From Geosiphon pyriformis uo1 (taxonomy: Eukaryota > Fungi > Glomeromycota), in contig JAAOMT010000199.1 in assembly GCA_016748015.1 (NCBI GenBank), forward strand, positions 1 through 32,132: DNA of 32,132 nucleotides, given 5' to 3'. The notes beneath the pieces were generated by a model. It was given only the letters and a program-made list of their open reading frames with translations. It was not told the DNA's origin and did no database searches. This document shows positions 10,448 through 22,700 of the stretch, piece after piece. Each line of letters opens with the position of its first letter. Within the stretch, counting starts at the first letter, position 1. The translations under genes and the position numbers were made by a program.

Positions 10448-11725
10448 ATGAATATACAAAAATACCAACAACTCTAACATTATATAAATACCCAATTGTT
10501 CAAGAAAAAATTATCTCAAAAAGAACAAAACAACATAAACCAGCAATCAAAATATACTTTACCAGAAGAACAAAAGAAATCCAGATCAACCAATCAGAGT
10601 AATCACAGAATTAGAGAAAGAAACAATATTATTCAACATATATTAAAATCCAACAGCAGAACATTTTCATAAAAAAGCAACCATAGAAAGAACCAGAAAA
10701 AGATACTACTGGCCATCAATATATTCAGACATTATTCAATATGTTCAAAATTGTGATGCTTGTCAGAGAAGAGAAGGAACATAATCCAGTAAACCATTGA
10801 GACCAATTAAAGTGGAACAACCATTTGATTGTATTGGAATTGACTTAGTTGGACCATTAACAATAACCAGCAGAGATAAGAAATATATCACAGTAGCCAT
10901 AGATTATCTCACAAAATGGCCAGAAGCAAAAGCCATTTAAAGAGCAGATGCAGAATCTATTGCTGAATTTGTTCATCAAGATTTGATATGTTAACATAGA
11001 TGCCCAAAAGAACTATTATCAGACCAAGGAACTCATTTTGTGAATAGAACATTAGAGGAATTAAGTCAAAGATTTGGAATTAAAAGACTATTGTTATCAC
11101 CATATCATCCACAAACCAATAAATTAGTTAAAAGATTCAATAGAACATTGTGTAAAGCAATTGCCAAAATCAGCCAAAAAAATCAAGACAAATGAGATTT
11201 GTTCATACCATTAGTATTATTTACTTATCAGACAATAAAACAAGATACTACACAAACAACACCATTTGAATTAGTATATGATAGAACAACAATACTATCA
11301 GTGAAGATAAAAGTATAAACATATCTAACAGAACCAATAACAGAAGAGAATTTCCAAAGAACATTGTTAAGAAAAACATATGACTTAATGGAAACACTAG
11401 AAAACAAAAGACAAAAAACAGCTGATAATATACAAAAATCACAAAAAAAAAGACACAATAACCAATTACCAGAGAAACCAGTTGAATTCAAGATTGGAAA
11501 CAAAATATTTCTACATCATACTAAAATAGAAAAACAATGGAGTGGAAAATTTGACTTCAAATAGAACAGACCATTTTACATAGAAGAAATTCTTGGAAAT
11601 AGAGCTTACAAATTAAGATTAAACAACAAAATTTTAACCAAAGCAGCACATAATAATTGACTGAAACCATATTACCATATAATATTGGCATCTACCAATA
11701 ATATTCTACAATTAGGATATTTTTG
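10448..11725 (+). pseudogene. integrase (HHCC, DDE core, GPF/Y C-terminus; no chromodomain seen)
   Basis: EHF..RYYWPSIYSDI.QYVQNCDACQR; IGIDLVGPL; LLSDQGTHF; PYHPQTNKLVKRFN; RPFYIEEILGNRAYKL. Confidence 0.95.
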
Positions 11726-12268
11726 AACAAGAAATAGATAGATCTCAAAATTGTAAAAATCTTTGTGGAAGTTGTTGTTAAGAAATTATTTGCTTTGGAT
11801 ATCAATTTTTTAGCAATAGAAGACAAATCTGTTATAGTAAAAACTCAGTTAATTAGAAAATTTTTCTCATCTGTTAATGGTTTTGGGGGGACTATTACTT
11901 CTTCAAAATTTGAAGAAATTATTAGATCTACCTTCATTTCAGAGATCAGTATAAAGAAGGCCACTTTATTGGCCAAAAAAAATGGAATTATTACAAATGT
12001 TGATGTTAAAAAACAAAAAATACACTCAGATCAGACTGTAATCATTAAAGAAATTCCCATGAATATGCCAAAGAAAATGATCATTATTGTAGTATCCAAA
12101 TTTGGTGAAATTAAGTTAATCAAAATTCAATTAATTGGAATGTGGCAGAAAATTATGGTAAAATTTGCTGAATTGGATCAGACTGAACAATTGGCTGCTA
12201 AATAGTATTTTTTGATTGGGAAGAATTTAGTGCACATGGCTATGGCTATAGGAGATCATAATACTTGG
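11722..12268 (+). pseudogene. LINE 1 ORF1 fragment (5'-truncated, RRM-like region)
   Basis: ORF 11765-12205 (VIIKEIPMN.PK..I..VSKFGEIK.IKIQLIGMWQK..VKFAE) is homologous to the minus-strand ORF1 at ~24700-25200, which lies upstream of an APE-RT ORF. Confidence 0.75.
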
Positions 12269-12425
12269 TGTTATCTGAGTAGAAAAACTGATCCAAAGTT
12301 ATAAAAAAAACATGACCAAAATGTGATATAATACAGAATAGCATGCAATAATATTGGATAATGTATTATAACTTAGAATAATGCAAAATAATACATTATA
12401 ATATAAAATAACACAGAATAATATA
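12269..12425 (+). mobile_element. 157-bp U3 end of an LTR ('X') of the same family as LTR D, in inverted orientation
   Basis: TGTTATCTGAGTAGAAAAACTGATCCAAAGTTAT... aligns with the reverse complement of ~19253-19409. Confidence 0.88.
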
Positions 12426-13020
12426 GGCTAAAAAACAGATTTCAGGATTGGCTTCAAATAACAGAGCTTGATCTTGAATTTTTTGATTTATTTTAAGAAT
12501 ATATTGTTGATATAAGGAGATGGAAATGACTGTGTCAGTATAGATAAATTCTATCTGATTACTGCTTTTCTCTGTGAAGTTGACTGGTACATTTCCTCTT
12601 TTACTTAATCCAAACTCATTGATTTCTCAGGCAGTGAGGCTTAATTCTTCTTAGGTTGTTACTAGAGTTAATTGGAATATTTTGACTAGGAGTAGGAAGA
12701 TAGCTTGGACAATATTTTTTTGTGATTTTATTTTGTAGGGTTTGTCCAAATTGTTCTGTAGTATCATAATAATGTTTTCTATATAACCAGCATCAATAAT
12801 TTTTTTTTTTATATTGATTTTTTTCTTGGTTAGACTAGATCAAGAGACAACTTGTACTATTGTACTAACAAAAATTTTTAATGCTATCTTAAGATCTATT
12901 GTTACAAGAGAATATAGAACTATAACTATAAGTGATTGTCTGGAGTATTGTAGATCAAAACCAGTATTGGTGTTATATGCTCTTTCAAAACAGATTTCTT
13001 CCTTGTTATTACTATACCAT
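12426..13020 (-). pseudogene. dut: dUTPase plus start of the second dUTPase-like domain (element 3)
   Basis: NTGFDLQY, VS*SSL, IIDAGYIENII, IVQAIFL, *EINEFGLS, then IQDQALLFEANPEIC. Confidence 0.85.
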
Positions 13021-13099
13021 CTTAATTCTAATTCTTTAAAGAAGTTAAGATAAGCAAGATATTGCTCTGTTTTAGTATCCTCAGTTGAATCTTGAAATA

Positions 13100-13900
13100 A
13101 CATGTTCTTGGTAATTAATTCTTCTTCTACCTCAGGCTCAGGTAGTTTGGTAATCAGATATAGTATTTTTAAAAATAGATTAAACATGAGATCATATTTA
13201 TTACAGTACTAAAAGGGACAAGAGATCAAACAATAATCACACAGTTTTATGTTTAGGTTAACTAACTGCTGTTTTTGCTCTTTTTAGGTCAGGGCCAATT
13301 TCTGGTATCAATCTTGAAATGTATCCAGATTATCTATAAAAAAATCTTCTATAATATAGTTGAGTTCATTGTATTTTAATGTAAATAAATTTTTTTTGAT
13401 TTCTCATATTTTACTGAGTGTAGCACCTTCGGCTTTGGCACTTGTTATTTTCCATATTTTATGTTCATTGTGCAGATAACCATCTAATTTATTGAGTGCT
13501 CATTTCCAAGTGTCCTCAATCAGTGTTTTTTTTTGCATCCAATCATTGATCAAGATAGTGTATTAACATGTTTTGTCATATGTTTCTTCTTTGTTGAGAA
13601 CATCATTTCACAGTCTTTCTTCTGGCAGGATCTTATCACAGATAAGTCATGATGTATTGTTTCATTTGCCTTGTCATTTTGGTCTGCCAAATTTTTCTAA
13701 CACACAAGATCTGTGATAATATTTGGTGACAATTGGCTATTTTTCATCATTTCTGATACATGTGCTCATAGAAAATAACTTTTTTCCACAGTTAACACAA
13801 ATTAATTTTGGGGTTTAATACCTTTGACTTCTTTGACTTGGGGTGAGATAGCCTGCAGGTGCCAATTGTAATTCTTCTTCTGCTTTTTCCTTGCTCTTTT
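13100..13900 (-). pseudogene. Cys/Trp-rich unknown domain (element 3)
   Basis: KLICVNCGKKL..GRPK*QGK*NN..ICDKIL..TC*YTILINDW..KLDGYLHNEHKIW..LCDYCLISCPF*YCNK. Confidence 0.72.
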
Positions 13901-14029
13901 CTTTCCATGTTGGTGGTGGGGGTAACTCTGCTCAGTAATCATCAGCTCAAGAAATTTGATAGACTTCTATTGTTGATGGTGGTATTAAGTTTTCAAATTT
14001 AATTAGCAGTTTTTCTGGACTTTGAGCTT

Positions 14030-14500
14030 TGAAGTGTCTATATATAGATAGAACTCATATATACTGTCTGTTAAAGATGATCTGTAGTTCCTGCATATTT
14101 CAATCAAGGGTGGTATTAGCTTTGACTAACTAATTGTTTTCTACAAGGACTTGATATTAAGTGGCCTTTATAATGAGCACTTTGATGGGGATTTGAATTT
14201 TGTTAATTTTAAAAGGGAAGTTGTTAATTTCTTCTATTGGGGTTTTAGTATTTCTGTCTATGGTTATAATTTGTGTAGTAGCTATACAGTCTACTTAGCA
14301 ACTTAGTTAATCTATGAATTGTTTCGTAATTATACTACTTGCTAATCTACTATTGAGAATTAATTTGATGTCTATGTTTTCAACTTTAACATCAGTATAC
14401 AGAACAGTTATTGGTTTATCTTAATTAATAGTGGCTCTACTGAAAAGGCTATTGGCGTTCAGATAGTCAATGTTAAAAGGGAATATAGCAGCCAGGGTGG
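14030..14500 (-). pseudogene. protease (element 3)
   Basis: LYTDVKVENIDIKLILNSRLASSIIT..IPIKVLIIKAT*YQVLVENN*L. Confidence 0.8.
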
Positions 14501-15853
14501 TGTTTTCTGTAATAGTGGCTGGTGGAATAGTATTGTTGGTTTGATTTCAACTCAAAAAATTGGATGTTTCTTTTATATCCTTCTCTTTTAAAAATGTAGA
14601 GCTAAAAAATTCTTGGTTTTTAGTAAGACTGAGATATGAAACTTAATTTGAGTATCCATTTGGTGCTGGTTGAGATGAAATATTACTCTAATTGAGAGGT
14701 TACAATAGTCTACTGTTAATCTGCATCTGATTGTTACTGGGATTTTTCCATTCTTGGTTGTAGTCAATCATATGAGGTTTAGGTGAATTATAGACAGAGT
14801 TTTGATACTGTGGTACTACTTGAGTTATTGGCTACAAGGGCTAATAGTAGTTCTAAGATGGTTGTTAAGTATATGTAATTGGTTGTACATATTGGGGCAG
14901 TAGATACTAAAACATGAGGTATTAGAGTCCTATTTTCTGAAGATACCTTGGGTATTGGTATTGAGTTTTTTGATTCTGGTCCATTAATTTCTGTCAGTAA
15001 TCCTGGGCAATAATAGCAATTGCAGGGGTTGAATCTCCAAAGTTGTTGTTATTGCTAACATTTTTGTTATTGGTAGTACCTACTGCTATTATAGTTTCTT
15101 TACTGGAGTGGTTAATAAGTTTCCATAGTATTGATTAAGAATCTCTCAATTTTCTGAGTTAATTTTTCACTTAATTAGATTATCTTTGCATTAATGTCTG
15201 TGGTTTCATTAATGGCTAAATTAACAGCTTAGATATGATTGGCTTTTTGTTTTACTGACTTAAAATTGCAAGCAAGAATAATAATGTCTAGTAGATTTGT
15301 CAGATGTTGGAGTCTTATAGATCTCAGAAGATTGCTCTTTAGTCTCTTAATGAATTGATTAAAAACTTACATCATGGTGTAATAATTCTTTTCAATTGCC
15401 AGTATTTGATTAAAAACTTGGTTGAATTGTCTTAAATAAGTAGTCACTGCTTTATGGTTTTTTTGTTTTATTATGTTGAATTGATTCTGTAATCTGATAA
15501 GAGTATTGAAATCACAAAAATATCATAGAAAGGCAAGTTTAAAGGTAGCAAAGTCAGTTGGTTTTTCTGTTAGGCTTTAATACCACAAGTCAGCAGTTCT
15601 AATCAAAAGAATAGCAGCACTTGAATAGTTCTGTTATCATCCCAGTTGTTGGCAGTAATTGCTTTCTTGGCTTCCACAATTCACAAGTATGTGTTGTTTT
15701 TTTTGTCAGAAAATTTTTCTAATTTGGCAATATCTTGGTAAGCCATGATCTGGTTGATGGGTAGGGTGTTACTATTTGATATTGAAGGTATTAGTGTTTG
15801 CATGTTAAAGTGTTTTTCTGGTGCTATAGTTAGCTGTTTTCTCTGGTTAATAA

Positions 15854-16745
15854 TATTACTCATAGAAAATAGGAATCATAGTAGTATAGATATTAACCAA
15901 TCAAAAGTAGACATAATAAAATATAGAATTCCAGGATTTTTCTCAGAGGAATTACAGAATTTCAGAAATTACAGAATTCGCATACAAAAAATTGCAGAAT
16001 TCTAGGATTCTAGGATTCCACTTAAAGAATTGCAGGATTCCAGAAATTTTAGGATTCCTGTCAGAAAAAATAGAAGAATTGAGAAATCTCAAATATGTAT
16101 ATATAACAGTAGCAATAAAAGCAAAAAAGACAGATCTCTCAGTTTAAATTTAATCTAAGCAACCATCTAATTCACAAATATCAATAAATAATTATTTGTC
16201 ATTTCAATCCATTTTCTACTATCAACATTTTATGTTGGTAGTTGCTAATATTTAACCATACTAGAACAATAGCTTTTAATTATAGCTATTAATAGAATAT
16301 TAATATTTATTGCTTTGGCTTATTTCTTTATTTTCTTTTATTTTCTTTCTTTTCTTTTGTTATTTCTTGTTGTTTACTAATTGATTAAAGGTTAGAGTGC
16401 TGAATTATTAACATCAAAGATTGTCTAGTAAAAAACCTCTACAAGTAAGTAAAACCTATAAGAAATACAGATTGCTTACCAGAAAAGTACTGGCTATTAA
16501 GCTAAGAAAAAAATTGACAGAATTGCGATTCTGGGAAGCTATGAATAACCAACATTTGAATCTCTGTCTATTATACAAAAAACTCCAACTGGAAATTTTT
16601 AGATTAACAAAACTTTCAGATCATAAAAGCTTTTAGATATTACCAACCTAATTTGATTATCAATATCTATACTATTATATCAGCTATTAAGCACCAAGTT
16701 ATGGGTTGTTATTTGATTCAAAATCTCAAATAATCCCTTGTAACA
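15854..16745 (+). mobile_element. solo LTR 'B' (892 bp), TSD ATAA/ATAG
   Basis: TATTACTCATAG...CTTGTAACA; colinear with LTR A; no PBS follows. Confidence 0.9.
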
Positions 16746-17195
16746 ATAGAACCAATTAGTTGTTCAATAATTGGTTTTTCTAAAGAAGTGGTTGCTGATT
16801 TTGCTAAAGTTTGTATTATTGGTGGTTTCCAAGTCAACATGCTTCTATCTGTTTTATTAACTGTCAGAGTAAGATTTCCAAACAACAATCTGTATTCTTT
16901 TAATGATTTAGTTCAACTATAGTAACTTCATGGACACTAATTTCCAGGAGTTTATGGTGTATCTGACTGAATTTCTGTGTTTGAATCAAAGAAAATTCTA
17001 CTCTCTGGTGTCTGCTGGTATGATAAAATTGTTGGAAAGAAGAACATTGGTTTTTTATTGACCATGAATTTGGCTTGGGCAGTTGTGGGGTTATTGGATT
17101 TATACTTATGTTCCTCAGAGTCAAATTTCACTAGTTGTAGTACTTGATAGAATTATTTTGTTACATAATGTTTAATGTCTATATTAATTATGCAC

Positions 17196-18068
17196 TGTTA
17201 CTCATAAAGAAAAACAGATATAGAAAATAGTAGACCAATAAAGAAGTAGTAGTTAGCACATGAATGTATTATTTAACAATATGGAGCAATATTAAAAAAT
17301 TAGAACACATTGTTTAGAAATGTGAGCAATCTTGTAGAACATAAATTTATGTATATATAGCAGTAGTATCAGAAGCTAGAAAATTAGTCAATTAGGCTCA
17401 AAGTTAAGAAAACTAAGAGTCAATAGAACTCTTAGAGTTAATTAGACTCACAGGTTATAATTATTAAATACTCTTTCTTCAAAAGATAGAATACTATAAC
17501 TTGAAGTGAAATCACTCTCATATTAATGAAATTATTTATTATTTTTAAATCTATGTTATTATCCACTACTTAATCTGCTGGCACAATAGCTCTTAATTAT
17601 GACTATTGACAGGACTCTTATTTCTTATTTTATTTTCTTTATTTCTTTATTTTTTTTTATTTTTTTTATTTTTTTTTATTTTTTTTTATTATTCACTAAA
17701 TTGATTAAAAAAATTAAGCACTAAGTTACTGATGTTAAAATATAGCACTGGTAAAAGACCCAGGAATAAAAGTAGATACTTTATAAAAAGATAGCTTACC
17801 AGAAGATTTCTAGTCATCATGCCAAGAAAAAAATTGATGGAATTGCAATTCCAGAAATTGATGGACAACAAACCACATTAATCTGAGAGTTGATACTTAA
17901 AACACTATTAAAAGAAAACAACTATTGGAATCTCTGTCCATTATACAAAAAACTCAACCAACATCTTTAGACAACCAAAACCTTCAGATATTAACACCAT
18001 TATATCAATTGAACACCAAATTACAGATTTGTTATTTGCTTTGAGACCCCAAATAATCACTTGTAATA
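17196..18068 (+). mobile_element. solo LTR 'C' (873 bp), TSD GCAC/GTGC (ancestral GCGC)
   Basis: TGTTACTCATAAAG...CTTGTAATA; shares the TATA, hairpin, T-tract and U5 blocks with A and B. Confidence 0.88.
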
Positions 18069-18365
18069 GTGCAAAGTTTCAGTGATTGCTTGAGTATTCA
18101 TGGTTGTTGAATATTCTAATAAGCTTTAATGAATTTGTTCTCCAAGTTTTTTTGTATTGGTTATAAGGCCTAATAAGCAGTCAATTTTTGCATTAATATA
18201 GTTACAAAAATTACTTTCTGTGTAAGCAGTTTCTGCTGGTATTCCTAAGTCTTGTCGAAAGTATTAAAATAATGTTTTTCTATATGAAAAGTGGTCCTTT
18301 TTTACTGTTCTAATAGTCACTATTTTTGTGAATTTCTGGAGTGCTCTGTCTCTGTAGATTTATAA

Positions 18366-18382
18366 TCTCACAGGGAGCACTA
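18366..18382 (-). promoter_or_regulatory. primer binding site of element 3 (TAGTGCTCCCTGTGAGA)
   Basis: Starts 2 nt after the LTR end; homologous to the PBS of element 1. Confidence 0.8.
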
Positions 18383-18384
18383 AA

Positions 18385-19409
18385 TGTTACAAGTAAACTT
18401 GGTAGAGTAAAAAAATAATAATGTTTGGTGCTTTTAATTATTGGTAATATATGTTTTATGTAATTTTATTGGTTTAGTCTTAATTATTAGTCTCTGAAGA
18501 TTATTTTTGCTGGTTGTGATTATACCCATTGAGTTTTTTTATTATAAGGCACAAAGGTTTGGCTTTTATTGATTGCAACTTCTTATAAATGTGAGTTATC
18601 TTTTTTGAACTAACGAGAGTAGTCATTAGAGTTTGGCATTGTCTTTTTGCCCTTCTGGTAAGCTACCAAGATAATATTAATATTCAATTCTTAAAAAAAG
18701 CTTCCCTTTTTTACCAGGCTATCATGAAGTCTATTTTCAGACAGTTACTTTTACTATGTTGCTGCTCCACAAAAGAATAAAATAAAAAAAATAAAATAAA
18801 ATAAAAAAAAAAATAAAAAAAAAATTAGTATTGTCAATTGTCATAATCAAGAGTGATTGGTCCAAATTGTTAATAATTCGAAGCAATTATGGTAAGAGCA
18901 TCTGTTCTGGAATAAAGATATAAAACAATAATTAATTCATGTAAAGTCTACAAAGTTTGAGAACATGAATTCATGATTCTGATTTCTTAATAATTGATTT
19001 ATTTTAAAAGATGAAGATAAAATAGAATAAATGATGGAAGAGGTAAAAATATTTGATTCTTGTTTAATAGTTTATATCTAGATTTTTTTTTTCTAACTTC
19101 TTCAACTACTCATTTTTATACATTCTTTTGGTTTTACAGGATTGTTTTTAATTGTTCTATTATTGCTAATTATTGCTTTATTTCTGTAATTGTTTTATTC
19201 TTCTATGTTATTACTAGTTATTCTATGTTATAACATGTTATCTGGTGTTATTATATATTATTTTGTGTTATTCTATATTATAATATATTATTCTGTATTA
19301 TTCTAAGCTATAACGTATTATTTAATGTTATTGTATACTATTTTGTGTTATGTTATGTTTTGGTTACATTTCTTCATAACTTTGGATTGGTTTTTTTACT
19401 CAGATAACA
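18385..19409 (-). mobile_element. 5' LTR 'D' of element 3 (1025 bp), with degenerate ~10-bp ATAACA/ATAATA repeats in U3 (~19200-19380)
   Basis: TGTTATCTGAG (19409) ... CTTGTAACA (18385), followed by the PBS. Confidence 0.88.
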
Positions 19410-19727
19410 ACAGATAAACAATTTTTATACCTAGTTTCAGCTGTCTTGCAGCCAATAATCAGCTATCATACACAATTTAGTTTTGTTTCTTCAGATGTGT
19501 ATTACAAGTGGAATATTATAATCAGAAAAGATCTTAGGTTTAAAGCTGGTTTGTCACGCAATTTTTCTAATAAAGTTTTATATTATCTTTTTTTGTATGA
19601 TTTAAAGCCTTTTGAGCAAGTGCAATTTGAAAAAAAATTGGCCTTACTGGTTTTTTTTTCCAATGCTGGTGGCATTTTTGGATGCTTATTTGAACATAAA
19701 TTTTTAGATTTACAAGTTTTAGGGTAC
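19410..19727 (+). pseudogene. LINE ORF2 fragment, C-terminal to RT (same strand as LINE 1 ORF1)
   Basis: TDKQFLYLVSAVLQPIISY..RKDLRFKAGL..LDLQVLG; homologous to minus-strand 20121-20460. Confidence 0.75.
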
Positions 19728-22700
19728 TAAAACCAAGATTATTCAAAAGTTATAAGTTATTAATGAATGGCTAATTAGCAAAACAAAAGACAATATTAAT
19801 TAGATAATTATATACTAACTTGAATTAAATAGAGACTAAACCTTTAGAATCAAGTTTTTTTCAATAACAAAAACTTTTCCAATCAAAAACCAGTCTTTTT
19901 TTATTATATAGTTGTTCAATAAAAGCAATACCAAACTTTTTAAATAAGCAAAAAACATTATAAAAGACTAAACTTCTCAAAACAAAAAACATCAAAGTGT
20001 TATCAGAAAAACAAAATATAAAGCACAAATTATTTACAAAAAAAACATTATAATTCAAAAAATTTTTACCATATTAACCAAAAAATTGTTAACCAAACTG
20101 ATCTTTAACTTTACAGAATTTCACAAAAAATAATTAAGAAACCAATTTAATATTTGCAAATTCAGAGATTTATGATTAAACAAATAACCAAAAACACCAA
20201 CAATATTTGAAAAACTCAAAACAGATGCTATTTTACTCTTTGTTTGTATTTGTTTAAATGTTTTCGAGTTATATAATGATAAATAATAAAGAGCTTTATT
20301 GTAAAAGTTCTTTAATAAACCAGCTTTTATTCTTAAACTCTTTTTAATTAGCATATCTTATTTGTTACACGTATTTTTAGAAACAAAACTGAATTAAATT
20401 CTGTAATTAATAATAGATTGCAATATAACTAAGACTAAATAAAAGAATTGTTTATTCAAAATAGATTTTTTCAAAATCTTATTGGCAAAAAATCTAACAT
20501 CTAAATAATACTTTACCAAACTAAGTTTAAATAAATCTTTAAAAGACAAAAAAATACTTAAATATTTATAAAACTTTTTCTTTTATGTAATAGAGATAAG
20601 TAGACTACTTATTAACAATAAAACATTATTGAATTTTGATTAATAGAGATGGCCACAGTTTTTTTATTATTAATTGAAATATTATTGATATTAAAAAACT
20701 TATTAACAATATTTAAAATATATTAAATAACAATTTAACTATCCTTTATTTAAATTGTATTATTAATAAAAGCATCAGTTGTTAGATAAAAAATCAATTC
20801 AGCTTGGTTTTTAATCTTATTAATTCTAACAACAAACTTAAAACTAATATAATAATCATACAAGCTCTTATGCCTTTTAATTTTACATAAAAGAAGATTA
20901 TAAAAAATTTTTCAGAACAAAAAAAAAACTTCACTTTAGTTCAAATCATTATGTATTTAGTACCTATTTATAAGTCTATAATTTATTATAATTTTTTTTA
21001 ATGTATTTTTAATTATTAAGTCTACTGTAAAAACTAAAAATTAAATAATAGTGCTTTTTAATACAAAAAATTGTTACTATAAAAAACATTAAATTTCTTA
21101 TAAACCAATGAAATTCTATTAAAAAATATTTTGAAAAAAATCTTATAAGCAGTTTTGATCAAAGCAATTAGTTTAATATTGGTTAAGACACTTTCCTATT
21201 TGTAAAATTTAAGAATTATTGACACTCAAACTTCTTTTTAAAATTGGAATACGAATTTACATACTAAATAAGAGGTTAAAAAATTTAAAAGCATTCTGAA
21301 AACCAAAGTATTGCAATGTTTTTAAAGCTTATTAGTAATATTAAACAAGTTAGCAGTCTTTTTATCAAGTAAATTCTTAATTATCTATAATATATTATTA
21401 TAAACAATAGCAACTATAATACCAAAAAAAGCATTATTATCTACATAAACCAGTAACAGATATTAACAACACTACAGATTAAAAATACTGTTCAAAACCA
21501 ATTTTTTTCTTGTCTAATTTTTTATTATTACATTAACCTTAAATTTAATTTTTTCAAAATCCAGAACCAATTTATTATTAACAATTAAGTGATCTAAACC
21601 TACTTTTTGAAACAAATACTCTAATATACTGCCAATTATATAACTTTTATTGACAACAAAGCTTTTTATATACTTAACAATAGCAGATTTAATAATTAAT
21701 TTCTTAATCTTCAATAATTTAGCAAGCTTAAAAGTGCAATAGAATTTTTTCAACCCAAATAGAACAGATCTTATATTATTAAAATCAGCATTAAAGTCTA
21801 ACAAAACTTGAACACTTAAAGCTTTATTTTCATTTAAAAATATTTAATATTTTATTAAAAAAGCAATCTTATTATTGGATTCATACATAAAGACTTAACA
21901 ATTTTTAACACCAAAACTTCTAACTTATAGAACTTAAAAGATTTTTTAATAAATATACTATTATAATCTTTGAATCATTTTTTTTTAAACATTTTATTGG
22001 TTAATAGACATACTATCTTATAAATAATATTTCATATTACATTTAGATTCAAAAATCTCTTGGTTGCCATAAACTTATTAAAAAAAATTGTAATATTAAT
22101 TACACTAATATCTTTAAAACTTATCTATCTGACATTATTAATATCTCTAAGATCAAATTTTTAACAATCTTTATTTATTTGTTTATGAAGAAAAATCAAG
22201 TACATATTTAATAAACTACTTAAATCTACAAATACAAAAACAGCTTAATAATTAGTGTTAAAGTACTTACTAATATTTAGAACTGTATAATTTACTACTA
22301 TATTAATCAGATTTAAAGAGACAAATATGTAATCAATTGTTTTTTTAGTATCTTTAAAATTTTTTCATGTTGAAACTTTCGCAATTAAGCTTTCTACCAA
22401 AAATTTAACCAGCCCCAAATCAAGGCATTTTTTGAAACTAACACACTTGTAAAAATCATTATTACTTATAGAAATTTAGGAATTTTTAATAAAGATATAA
22501 AGTAGCCAATTAAAAATAAGCATAGTAAAAGAAAAATTTTAGAATTTCTCTTAAAGAATTACAAGATTTCAGAAATTCTAGAATTTCTGGTTAAAGAAAT
22601 TAAAAAAATCAAAGAATTTCATATAATATTAATTATATATATATAATAAGAGTGTTAGAAACAAAAAAGACAGAATTTATTTCAGAATGAATATCAACTA

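Larger units (their letters stand above)
6790..11725 (+). mobile_element. Ty3/Gypsy element 2, pol region (PR C-term to IN); 5' part displaced by element 1; no 3' LTR visible
   Basis: Order PR-Cys-rich-dUTPase-dUTPase-like-RT-RH-IN, with IN after RH (Gypsy order). Confidence 0.95.
14500..18350 (-). pseudogene. gag: gag of element 3, split into three pieces (18350-18069, 17195-16746, 15853-~14500) by solo LTRs C and B
   Basis: MAYQDIAKLEKFS..AKKAITANNWDD matches element 1 MAYAPIAKLDNFT..EKAITANG. The reading frame is restored across LTR B when the LTR and one 4-bp TSD copy are removed. Confidence 0.8.
12426..19409 (-). mobile_element. Ty3/Gypsy element 3 (5' LTR-PBS-gag-PR-Cys-rich-dUTPase; truncated before RT) carrying two solo LTRs in gag
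   Basis: Same domain order as element 1; diverged subfamily. Confidence 0.9.

Noticed and set aside
11600-12268. Chromodomain or env-like ORF after the integrase
   Set aside because: There is no chromodomain motif, and the downstream ORF is homologous to LINE ORF1 at ~24700-25200.
12269-19409. DIRS-type element with inverted terminal repeats
   Set aside because: There is no tyrosine recombinase. The element has a protease, PBS and TG...CA LTR of the Gypsy lineage, whose sibling encodes a DDE integrase.
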